64,000 nucleotides of DNA from an uncultured Alphaproteobacteria bacterium. Lineage in GTDB: Bacteria; Pseudomonadota; Alphaproteobacteria; ATCC43930; CGMCC-115725. This document shows, in pieces, positions 39,448 to 48,207 of the stretch. Numbering within the stretch: the first letter of the stretch is position 1; every line of letters begins with the position of its first letter. The DNA lies in contig CAWGFH010000004.1 of NCBI GenBank assembly GCA_963821795.1, positions 175,629 through 239,628 of the forward strand, given 5' to 3'. The notes beneath the pieces were generated by a model. That model ran no database searches and was not told where the DNA came from. It worked only from the letters and a program-made list of their open reading frames with translations. A program made the translations under genes and the position numbers.

Positions 39448-40653
39448 ATGCGTGTCTGGTATTTCTCGGAGATGGCCTATCACCCGGCTTGGGAGGAAGG
39501 GCTGAAGCGCGGCTCGCTGCGCGTGGTGTTCTCGAACAGCAATTACGATCCGCAGATCGGCCATCGTCTCCTGAACCGCTATCTCGACGAGTTCGCGCTG
39601 TGCGACGAGGTCGGGCTCGACATCATGGTCAACGAGCATCACAGCACCGCGACCTGCTCGACGATCTCGGTGCCGATGGCCTTGGCGATCATCGCGCGCG
39701 AGACCAAGCGCTCGCGCCTGTTGTCACTCGGCTCGCCGATCGCCAACCGCCCGGACCCGGTGCGCGTCGCCGAGGAGATGGCGTGGCTCGACGTATTGTC
39801 GGGCGGCAGGCTGGAGATGGGCCTCATCAAGGGCGCGGCGTATGAAATCGCCCCGGCCAACAGCAACCCGGCCAATTTGATGCGCCGTTATTGGGAGGCG
39901 CACGATCTGATCCTCAAGGCACTGTCGACGACCGATGGGCCGTTCAACTGGGAAGGCGAATTCTTCCATTACCGCAACGTCAACATCTGGCCGCGGCCGT
40001 TGCAGCAGCCGACCCCGCCGGTGTGGATGACCGGAACCAGTGTCGATACCGGGCGTATGGCTGCCGACCACGGCCACGTGGTCGGCACCTTGTTATCGGG
40101 TCATGTCGCCGGACCATTGTTCGCGGCCTATCGCCAGCGCGCGCAGGAATTGGGCTGGACCGCTGGCCCCGACCGCTTTGCTTATTCCGCGGTAATCGGC
40201 GTCGGTGAGACCCGCGAGGAAGGTCGAAGGCGAGCCAATCTCGCCGCCGATTACGTGCGCACCTCGCCGGTCGTGCTCGAACCCTTCACCAATCCGCCTG
40301 GCTACAATTCGATTGGCGCGAATGTCGCGATGCTGAAAGCGGGCGGCAAGCGCACCGGCTTTGTCCGCGACCGCGACGGCAACCCGGTCGACCACACCAC
40401 TGCGACGATTGGACCAATTCATGGAAAGCGCCACCGTCTTCGCCGGCACCCCCGACGATGTCTACGACCAGATCAAATGATGAACGACCGGGTCGGCGGC
40501 TTTGGCCACTTGTTGTTTTTCGGCCAGGGCGGCTTTCTCGATCATGCCGACACGGTGGCCAACATCACCCTCTTCGCCAAAGAAGTGTTGCCGCGGCTGC
40601 GCGAACTGAACCCAGAGCCGGCGAAAGCCGTCGCTTTTGCCGCGGCTCAATAG
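39448..40653 (+). CDS. Luciferase-like (LLM class) flavin-dependent oxidoreductase; about 20 codons appear out of frame between 40414 and 40478
   Basis: MRVWYFSEMAYHPAWEEG..MVNEHHST.. is LLM-like. The tracked ORF is uninterrupted. However, aa ..GPIHGKRHRLRRHPRRCLRPDQ.. read in the +1 frame as QFMESATVFAGTPDDVYDQIK, which fits the family. Confidence 0.75.
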   Translation: MRVWYFSEMAYHPAWEEGLKRGSLRVVFSNSNYDPQIGHRLLNRYLDEFALCDEVGLDIMVNEHHSTATCSTISVPMALAIIARETKRSRLLSLGSPIANRPDPVRVAEEMAWLDVLSGGRLEMGLIKGAAYEIAPANSNPANLMRRYWEAHDLILKALSTTDGPFNWEGEFFHYRNVNIWPRPLQQPTPPVWMTGTSVDTGRMAADHGHVVGTLLSGHVAGPLFAAYRQRAQELGWTAGPDRFAYSAVIGVGETREEGRRRANLAADYVRTSPVVLEPFTNPPGYNSIGANVAMLKAGGKRTGFVRDRDGNPVDHTTATIGPIHGKRHRLRRHPRRCLRPDQMMNDRVGGFGHLLFFGQGGFLDHADTVANITLFAKEVLPRLRELNPEPAKAVAFAAAQ

Positions 40654-40664
40654 GACAGCCGGCG

Positions 40665-41602
40665 ATGCCGAACCTGCATCCGCAGATCGTCCAAGTCCTC
40701 GATGCCATGGAGAAGGCCCAACTGCGGCCGATCGAGGCGATGATCCCGCCGAGGCTCGCGCCCAGATGGAGATGACGGCGCGGGCGCGCCAGGCCGAGCC
40801 CCTGCCGGTCGCCAAGGTCGAGGATCGGATGATCCCCGGGCCTGCCGGCGACATCCCGCTTCGCCTTTATTGGCCGAACACCGTCGGGCCGATACCGGCG
40901 ATCGTCTACTATCACGGCGGCGGCCATGTGATCGGCAGTCTCGACACGCACGATTTCATCGCCCGCAACCTATGCGCGGGGTCCGAGGCACTGGTCGCCT
41001 CGGTCGACTACCGCATGGGGCCGGAGCACAAATTTCCGGCCGCGGTCGAGGATTCGTTTGCCGCGTTGCAGTGGGTCCGCGCCAATGCCGCCAGCCTTGG
41101 CGCCGATCCCAGTCGCATCGGCGTGCATGGCGACAGCGCCGGCGCCAATCTTGCCGCAGTCGTGGCGTTGCAGGCACGCGACGCCGCCATCCCCGAATTG
41201 CGGCTGCAATCGCTGGTATATCCGGTCGGCGACTACACGCTGTCGGGCGCCAGCTATCGCAGATATGCGCGGGGCTGCGGCATGTTGACACCGGATGCGA
41301 TGGCCTGGTTCGGCCGTCACTATCTGCGCTCGCCGGCCGATGCCGAGGATTGGCGCGCCTCGCCGATCAAGGCATCGAGCTTCGCTGGGGTCGCTCCGGC
41401 GATCATCGTCGTCGCCGAATGCGACGTGTTGCACGATGACGGCGAGGGCTACGCCGAGGCATTGCGCGGGGCTGGTGTGCCGGTCGAGTATCGGGAATAT
41501 GCCGGAATGATTCACGGCTTTCTCGGTATGGTCCCGGTCGTCGACGATGCAATGGTGGCCCAGCGCCAAATCTGGGCCGCCTTCAAACGAGCCTTCGCCT
41601 AG
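40665..41602 (+). pseudogene. Alpha/beta hydrolase, hormone-sensitive-lipase-type esterase, frame broken once (missing base at about 40742)
   Basis: ATG at 40665 gives MPNLHPQIVQVLDAMEKAQLRPIEAM, then DPAEARAQME.. follows in ORF 40637-41602. Motifs YYHGGGHVIGS and GDSAGANLA are present. Length is 938 nt (3n-1). Confidence 0.8.
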
Positions 41603-41617
41603 AAACGGCCGGAACGG

Positions 41618-42211
41618 CTAGGCCGAGCCCGGCTTTCCGAAATCGTCGCGAGCGTGCGCGGAGCGCGGATAATTTTGGGCCCGGCTCGAACGTTCCGGTC
41701 CTGCGTTGGAGCGATCGAGCACAATCGTCGTCCGTGCCGCCACCCGCATTAAATCCGCCGCCGCTTGGCGCAGTCGCTCGCGCACTGCCGGCGATGCCTC
41801 CGTCAACGCCGCATCGAAGCTCGAACGGAACATCTCGATAGCTGCCTCGGCCCGTCGATGAAGCTCGCTGTCCAGGCCTGGCGTCGGGCTTCGGGCTGGC
41901 GGCCGCAGATCGGGTTCCACGGCAGGCGGGTGGAGATCCGTCGTCGCGACCGGCGCGCTCGGTTTCACGGGTACCGCCGCCGCCTCGCGCTCGGATTTGC
42001 CGGCTGCCGGCGGATCGGGTGCGGTCGCACCAATCGGCGGCGGCTGCACCCACCGTCTGGCGGCTTGCGACGGGCGCTGGCGATTGCGCTTCAGGATGTA
42101 ATGGATCGCAGGCGGGGTGCAGCCATAGCTCCGCGCGATTGCACTGATCGACTCGCCGTTCTCATAGCGCGCCGCAATGGCGCTCCATGCGCCCTGCGGA
42201 ATTTTCGACAT
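41618..42211 (-). CDS. HTH-domain protein with Pro-rich linker and C-terminal helical domain; function unknown
   Basis: From ATG 42211: WSAIAARYENGESISAIARSYGCTPPAIHYILKRNRQR (resolvase-type HTH look), then a Pro/Ala-rich stretch of about 70 aa. Confidence 0.5.
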   Translation of the reverse strand: MSKIPQGAWSAIAARYENGESISAIARSYGCTPPAIHYILKRNRQRPSQAARRWVQPPPIGATAPDPPAAGKSEREAAAVPVKPSAPVATTDLHPPAVEPDLRPPARSPTPGLDSELHRRAEAAIEMFRSSFDAALTEASPAVRERLRQAAADLMRVAARTTIVLDRSNAGPERSSRAQNYPRSAHARDDFGKPGSA

Positions 42212-42539
42212 TTCTGCTCCTCGGCTCGACGCTGGACGTCGGCTCTTTGTTCGGGAGGCGGATTGCCTCGGCTGCCGGGGCGTCAGGCCAATGGACAACC
42301 GGAATCCTATACTGCGCCGAAGGCAGCCCAATGGGCTCTGACTTGGGCGTTTTGTTAATTATTTCAAGATCGGCCCCCGGGCCGGCTGCGAAGCGCACTT
42401 TGGGCTGTTCCTCAGTCCAGTCGTGCCAAATCGGCGGAAATAGCTACGGCGCCCGTGGTCGGGTGCGAAACCTGTCGAGGAAAATGCCGGCTTGCCCTAA
42501 TCTCTCCAGCAACCTGTCCGCGACTAATGGGAGGCGCCC

Positions 42540-42848
42540 TTGGCTTATATCTATGTCGTACAAATGGATATTCCGCCCGAGCTCGAGACCGAATTCAACC
42601 GTATTTACGATGAGGACCATGTGCCGACGATCTTGAAGGTTCCCGGCGTCCGGTCTTGCACCCGCTTCCGGCTCGAGCATTCGACGGTGCCGGCGATGCC
42701 GCGCTATCTGGCGATCTACGAATGCGACAATGCCGAGGTGATCAACAGCTCGGCCTGGACCGAGGCCTCCGATCTCGGCGAATGGAAGCCGAAGATCCGG
42801 CCCCATACCACCAACCGCCAGCACAGTGTGTTTCTGCAAATTACTTGA
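42540..42848 (+). CDS. Small (102 aa) protein, probably ferredoxin-like dimeric alpha/beta-barrel fold; paralogue 1
   Basis: MAYIYVVQMDIPPELETEFNRIYDEDHVPTILKVPGV..RFRLEHSTVP... The fold call is inferred from size and pattern only. Confidence 0.55.
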   Translation: MAYIYVVQMDIPPELETEFNRIYDEDHVPTILKVPGVRSCTRFRLEHSTVPAMPRYLAIYECDNAEVINSSAWTEASDLGEWKPKIRPHTTNRQHSVFLQIT

Positions 42849-42868
42849 AACCCAATGGAGCAGCCGCC

Positions 42869-43177
42869 ATGAGCCATCTTTTCGTAGTGCAGCTCGACAT
42901 CCCGGCCGAGCATGAAGCCGAGTTCAACCTGGTTTACGACACTGAGCACTATCCGATGCTTTCCAAGGTGCCTGGGGTCAAGAGCGCCGGACGCTTCCGG
43001 CTCGAGCATTCGACGGTGCCGGATATGCAGCGTTATCTGACGCTCTATGAGATCGAGTCCGAGGATGTGTTGAAGAGCCAAGCGTGGGAAAAGGCCGGGG
43101 CGTATGGCGATTGGGCCACGAAGATCCGCCCCAAATGCACGGCGCGCCATCACAGCGTCTTCGAGCGCATCGCCTAA
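42869..43177 (+). CDS. Small (102 aa) protein, paralogue 2 of the preceding gene
   Basis: ATG at 42869: MSHLFVVQLDIPAEHEAEFNLVYDTEHYPMLSKVPGV..RFRLEHSTVP... About half the residues are identical to paralogue 1, and the length is the same. Confidence 0.55.
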   Translation: MSHLFVVQLDIPAEHEAEFNLVYDTEHYPMLSKVPGVKSAGRFRLEHSTVPDMQRYLTLYEIESEDVLKSQAWEKAGAYGDWATKIRPKCTARHHSVFERIA

Positions 43178-43190
43178 GGGGGAGCTGTAG

Positions 43191-43499
43191 ATGATCCATG
43201 TACTCGCCATGATCACCGCTAAATCCGGGATGCGCGAAAAGATCCTCGAGGCGTTTCACGCCAACATGCCGGCGGTCCATGCGGAAAAAGGCTGCATCGA
43301 ATACGGCCCCGCGGTCGATGCCGAGGGTGCCAGTGGCATGCAGGCAAAGTTCGGGCCCGATACCTTCGTGGTGATCGAAAAGTGGGAAAGCCTCGACGCG
43401 TTGAAGGCCCACGCAGCTTCGCCGCACATGGCCGCCTACGCCGCGAAGACTCGCGACATGATCGCCAGCCGAGTCATCCACGTACTCCAGCCGGGCTGA
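43191..43499 (+). CDS. Antibiotic-biosynthesis-monooxygenase (ABM) domain protein (YgiN-like)
   Basis: 102 aa: MIHVLAMITAKSG..FVVIEKWESLDALKAHAASPHMAAY. Confidence 0.7.
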   Translation: MIHVLAMITAKSGMREKILEAFHANMPAVHAEKGCIEYGPAVDAEGASGMQAKFGPDTFVVIEKWESLDALKAHAASPHMAAYAAKTRDMIASRVIHVLQPG

Positions 43500-43526
43500 G
43501 AACCAGACCGGCTGGGCACAGGCAAG

Positions 43527-44813
43527 TCATCGCGGGTCTCGAGCGGCCGCGAATGAGGATCGTGCCGGCCGCGCTTCGGTGCAAGGTGGCGCCTGTTCGG
43601 CAAGCGCCGAACGATAGACTTCGAGGGTTGCTGCAAGAATGTTGTCAGCGTCGTAGCGCCGGGCATAGACCTCGCGCCCGGCAAGGCTGTAGGCCAATAT
43701 GGCCGCCGGATCGGCGAGGAGGGTCCTGACCGCGCCGGCGATCGCCTCGGTGCTGCCGGCCGGGATCAGGATACCGGCCGCCGGCGGGCCGGCCAACAGC
43801 TCGGGCACGCCGCCGACCCGGGTCGCGATGATCGCCCGCCCACGCGCAAGCAGCTCGACCAGCACGACCGGCAACCCTTCGAACAACGAAGGTTGGACAA
43901 AGACTGTGTGCCGCGCAGCGACGTCGTCAATGCCGCCGTAAGGCGGATAGGTGCCTTCGAAATGGACGCTGTCGCCGATGCCGAGGCAGAGGGTGAGCGA
44001 GCGCAGCCGGGCTTCGTCCGGACCGTGTCCGTAAAGATGCAGGCTCGCCTGCGGGATTGCGGCGTGGATTTGCGCCCAAGCTCCCAGCAAGTAGTCGATC
44101 CCTTTCTCCACGGAAAATCGGCTAATGCAACCGATCGCGAAATTCATCGGGTCGACAGCCAACCGCCGTCCTACCATCGGTGGCATCACCAACTGCTCGA
44201 TCAAGTGGACCGGTCCGCGGTAGCCGTGAAACGCGGTGATCCCGGCGGCTTCTGCCTCGCAGGTTGCTATGAACGCGGCGACTTCATGCACGCGCGAGGG
44301 AAGCTCGGGCGGGTACCAATGCGCCGTTACTTTGGAAGGCGTGGTCCATTCGGTCGTGACCAGCGGAATGTCCGGCCGGCCTCTCGTCTCGAACCAGGAA
44401 ACCAGCAGCTTTCCTGGCGGGACCGCATGGATGATGTCGGGGCGCCAGCCCGCAAAAGATTTGACGATGTCGCGGACAAAGCGCTTTTCGATTGTTCTGT
44501 TCTGTAAATCCCGGTGAAAGACCGGTGGCTCGGTGACCTCTATCGCACGGGCTTCGAGCAAGCGCATCCAATGCTGCGAGCGTGGCTTTTCCCCGACGAA
44601 GACACGCACGTCGATGCCGTGCTCGCATAGCGCCGTTGCCAATGTTGCGTTGTAATATTCCGTGCCGCCGAGCGCGCTGAGGAAGTCGCAAAAAAGTGCG
44701 ACCCTGCGTGGTAATTCAGGGGCGGGCATCGACGGTAGTGCGCACGAAGAGGTTCGGCCGTGGAGAGGTTCGGCCGGCTTTTCGACGATGGCCGTATCGG
44801 CTCGTTGCGCCAT
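43527..44813 (-). CDS. Glycosyltransferase family 4 (GT-B fold)
   Basis: 428 aa. C-terminal half has ..VFVQPSLFEGLPVVLVELLARGRAIIATRVGGVPELL (E-x7-E type motif). The start may be an internal Met. Confidence 0.8.
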   Translation of the reverse strand: MAQRADTAIVEKPAEPLHGRTSSCALPSMPAPELPRRVALFCDFLSALGGTEYYNATLATALCEHGIDVRVFVGEKPRSQHWMRLLEARAIEVTEPPVFHRDLQNRTIEKRFVRDIVKSFAGWRPDIIHAVPPGKLLVSWFETRGRPDIPLVTTEWTTPSKVTAHWYPPELPSRVHEVAAFIATCEAEAAGITAFHGYRGPVHLIEQLVMPPMVGRRLAVDPMNFAIGCISRFSVEKGIDYLLGAWAQIHAAIPQASLHLYGHGPDEARLRSLTLCLGIGDSVHFEGTYPPYGGIDDVAARHTVFVQPSLFEGLPVVLVELLARGRAIIATRVGGVPELLAGPPAAGILIPAGSTEAIAGAVRTLLADPAAILAYSLAGREVYARRYDADNILAATLEVYRSALAEQAPPCTEARPARSSFAAARDPR

Positions 44814-44921
44814 GGCAATTTTCCTCCACGCTCCCCGCGATCTTTGTCGCGTTCAGCTACGGTGCCATAACTGGCGGGGGTTGCCTTGACAAATCGCAGG
44901 CGCACTGACCATGGTCGCGCT

Positions 44922-45140
44922 ATGCGCTGTAGCAAAATCTTTCATGTTGCGTGGTTCGTGGTCCTTGTTGCCTGCGGCGGCCCTGCACCGCAGGCAACGA
45001 CCAGTGTGCAGCCGCCGCCCGGTCCCGACTGCAGCGCCTGTCTGAGGGAGAACCCTGGCGACGTCAGGCCGTGCGTGCCGATCTGTCACCGGCCGGAGAG
45101 CGATCTCGGCGGCGCCAATGCCGGAGGAGTGATCCGTTGA
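44922..45140 (+). CDS. Possible small Cys-rich lipoprotein (72 aa)
   Basis: MRCSKIFHVAWFVVLVACGG has a lipobox-like LVAC. Five further Cys residues. No homology was recognised. Confidence 0.35.
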   Translation: MRCSKIFHVAWFVVLVACGGPAPQATTSVQPPPGPDCSACLRENPGDVRPCVPICHRPESDLGGANAGGVIR

Positions 45141-45243
45141 GGCGGCGCGCAGACAGAGAACAGCGAGCGAGGCTTTCATAGCCCGCCGCGGGCCGCTTCG
45201 GTACGCTATCGATCCGCGCCGTATCAACTGGGAGGGATGACCG

Positions 45244-46894
45244 ATGCAAGTAATGGACGTGATTGCCGAGATCCTGAAACGCGAAGGCATCTCGACCCTG
45301 TTCTGCTTTCCGACGACGCCGATCATCGAAGCCGCCGCCGCCGTTGGCATCAAACCGGTCATATGCCGGCAGGAGCGGGTCGGCGTGCATATGGCTGACG
45401 GGTTCGCCCGAGTGTCAAATGGGCGGCCGCCGGGCGTCTTTGCGATGCAATACGGGCCGGGCGCGGAAAATGCCTTCGCCGGCGTCGCCACCGCCTTTTC
45501 GGACTCGACTCCAGTGCTGTTTCTGCCGCTCGGCCACCCGCGCGAGACCGCGCAGTTGTTTCCGATGTTCAAATCGAGCCGCAGCTACGCCGCGATTACC
45601 AAATCGGTTGAAGAGGTGCAGCTGCCGCACGAGATCGGCAACATCATGCGGCGTGCTTTCGCCCAGCTCAAAAACGGGCGGTCCGGACCGGTCATGGTGG
45701 AAGTGCCCGCCGACGTGACCGGCATTGAGGTTGCGGTAGACCCGAACCAGCACCGGCCGGTGCGCACCAGCCGGTCGGCCGGCGACGAACGCGACATTGA
45801 CGATGCGGCCAAGATGCTGCTCGACGCCGCCTGTCCGATGATCCTGGCCGGGCAGGGCGTCTTTTACGCCGATGCAACCGATGAGCTGCGCCAACTCGCC
45901 GAGCTGCTGCAGGCCCCCGTCATGACGACGTTCGACGGCAAGAGCGCATTTCCCGAGGACCATGCGCTGGCGCTCGGGCCGGGCGGCGGCACCTTCACCG
46001 GGCCCGGTCGCCATATCCTGCACAAATCCGATCTCGTGCTGGGTGTGGGGTGCAGCTTTACTCGCCACGGCATCGCGACCCCGGTATTCCCACCCGGAAA
46101 GAGGTACATCCACGCGACCAACGACACGCGCGACCTGCACAAGGCCTTCGCCGCCGATCTGGGAATTCTCGGCGACGCCAAGCTCGTGCTCGGCCAATTG
46201 ATCGAAGCGGTCCGCGATCGGCTAGGCGGAAAGGCCCGATCCGACGGTATCGCGCAGGAGCTCGCCGCCAAGCGCGAAGAATGGCTCGCACGGTGGCACG
46301 CGAAGCTGCATTCGAACGAGCATCCGATCAATCCCTACCGGGTGATCTCGGAATTCATGCGGGTCATCGATCCGGCCGAAGCCATCGTCACCCACGATTT
46401 CTGGCAGCCCGCGCGAGCAGCTCAATCCGTTCTACCGGGCAACTCGCCCGCGCGGCTATCTCGGCTGGGGCAAGTCGCACCAACTCGGGACCGGGCTCGG
46501 GCTGGCGATCGGCGCCAAGATTGCGGCGCCCGACAAGTTCTGCGTCAATATCATGGGAGACGCAGCCTTCGGCATGACCGGCCTCGATTTCGAAACCGCG
46601 GCGCGCTGCGGCATCCCGATCACGACGATTGTCTTAAACAATTCGACGATGGCGATCGAAACCCACGCGATGGCACTGTCGCACGAACGTTACCGCGCCC
46701 GCGACCTCGGCGGCAATTACGCCAACATCGCGCGCGATCTCGGCGGCTGGAGCGAGCGGGTCGAGGATCCGGGTCAGATCGGCGACGCGATCCTGCGCGC
46801 CCGCCGGCAAAACGAAGAGGGCCGCGCGGCACTCCTCGAATTCGTCACCAGCCAGGAGCAGGGCTTCTCCCACCGCCGCGGCGGCGCCGAGTAG
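45244..46894 (+). pseudogene. Thiamine-pyrophosphate-dependent enzyme (acetolactate synthase / sulfoacetaldehyde acetyltransferase-like), frame broken once (extra T in T-run 46398-46400)
   Basis: The N-terminal and central domains lie in the frame of ORF 45244 up to ..AIVTHD. The sequence continues SGSPREQLNPFYRATRPRGYLGWGKSHQLGTGLGLAIGAK..IMGDAAFGMTG..VLNNS.. in the +1 frame to the stop at 46894. Length is 1651 nt (3n+1). Confidence 0.8.
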
Positions 46895-46921
46895 TCGGTT
46901 ACACCGGAAAAGAGGCGGGCG

Positions 46922-47860
46922 ATGGCGCCGCGCATCGGGTATCTGCTGCCGACCCGCGAAGCAGTCATGCAGGGTCGGCCCGAGACCGGGCCGCTATTGA
47001 CGCTTGCCGGGCAGGCCGAGCAACTCGGTTACAACTCGGTCTGGGTCGGGGATTCTTTGTTGGCCCGGCCGCGGCATGACCCGCTGACCCTGTTGGCCGC
47101 CGTTGCCGCCCGGACCAGAAAGGTGACACTCGGCACTGCGGTGTTTCTGCCGGCATTGCGCAACCCGGTCGTGCTGGCGCATCAGCTGGCCACCCTCGAC
47201 CGGATCAGCGAGGGCCGCCTGGTGCTGGGTGCCGGAATCGCCACCGATCTTGCGAATATCCGCGCCGAATTCGCTGCCGCTGGGGTGCCGTTCGAAAAAC
47301 GCGTTGGTCGCATGATGGAAGGCTTGCGGCTCGCGCGGGCATTGTGGACCGGCGAGCCGGTCGATTGGGAGGGGCGGTGGCCGGTCAAGGCGGGTGTACT
47401 CGGCCCGACCCCACACCGGCCGGGCGGGCCGCCAATCTGGCTCGCCGGCTCGGTCGGACCGGCCCTCGAGCGGGCCGGCAGGCACTTTGACGGCTGGTTC
47501 GCCAACGAACCCGATCTCGCGCGCTGGAGTCGGCAATGGGTTCAGGTGCAGCAGGTCGTGCGTGAGGCCGGACGCGATCCCGGCAAGTTCAACGCAGCCA
47601 ACTACGTGACCCTGGCCCTCGACGATGAGGCCGCGCGCGCGGAGCAGCGCATCGACGATTTCCTCGAAAACTATTACGGCCAGCCGGCGGCCGTCATGCG
47701 CAAGCGGCAAGCCTGCTTCGGCGGCCCGCCAGCGGCCGCCGCGGCATGGCTGAAGGGCTTCGCCGATGCCGGTGTCACCGACCTGATCGTGCGCTTCGCC
47801 GGCGACCACCAGCGCCAACTCGAATTGGTCGGCGGCCTGCGTTCGCGGCTCGGCTGGTAG
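46922..47860 (+). CDS. Luciferase-like (LLM class) oxidoreductase
   Basis: 312 aa with ..AEQLGYNSVWVGDSLLARPRHDPLTLLAAVAARTRKVTLGTAV..RISEGRLVLGAG... Confidence 0.75.
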   Translation: MAPRIGYLLPTREAVMQGRPETGPLLTLAGQAEQLGYNSVWVGDSLLARPRHDPLTLLAAVAARTRKVTLGTAVFLPALRNPVVLAHQLATLDRISEGRLVLGAGIATDLANIRAEFAAAGVPFEKRVGRMMEGLRLARALWTGEPVDWEGRWPVKAGVLGPTPHRPGGPPIWLAGSVGPALERAGRHFDGWFANEPDLARWSRQWVQVQQVVREAGRDPGKFNAANYVTLALDDEAARAEQRIDDFLENYYGQPAAVMRKRQACFGGPPAAAAAWLKGFADAGVTDLIVRFAGDHQRQLELVGGLRSRLGW

Positions 47861-48207
47861 AACACTCGCTTCAGCGAAAAACATCAACTGCAGTCGGCGC
47901 GCGTCGGGATGGTGAAGAAGGTGCAGCGATTGTCTCCAGGGCTGGCAGATCGCTTCGCAGCCGAGGGTGGAAATCGACGAATTCCCAACTATTTGGCTTC
48001 CCCGAGGCGTGGTTTGCCTTTTAGGGGTTAAGCGAATAACCCTGATGGCGTAGTATCGCAACGCGGAATGGCCAATGGGCCGGACGGGGCTGCGCGCTCG
48101 CGGGGATGGCGCATAGCTGCCGGGCTTCGCGATCGGATGGTGCGGGGGTGGTGGCGGCAACGATCAGGGGAAGCCCGTTGGGATCGGCGGGCGGGCGGGA
48201 ATTCGGC

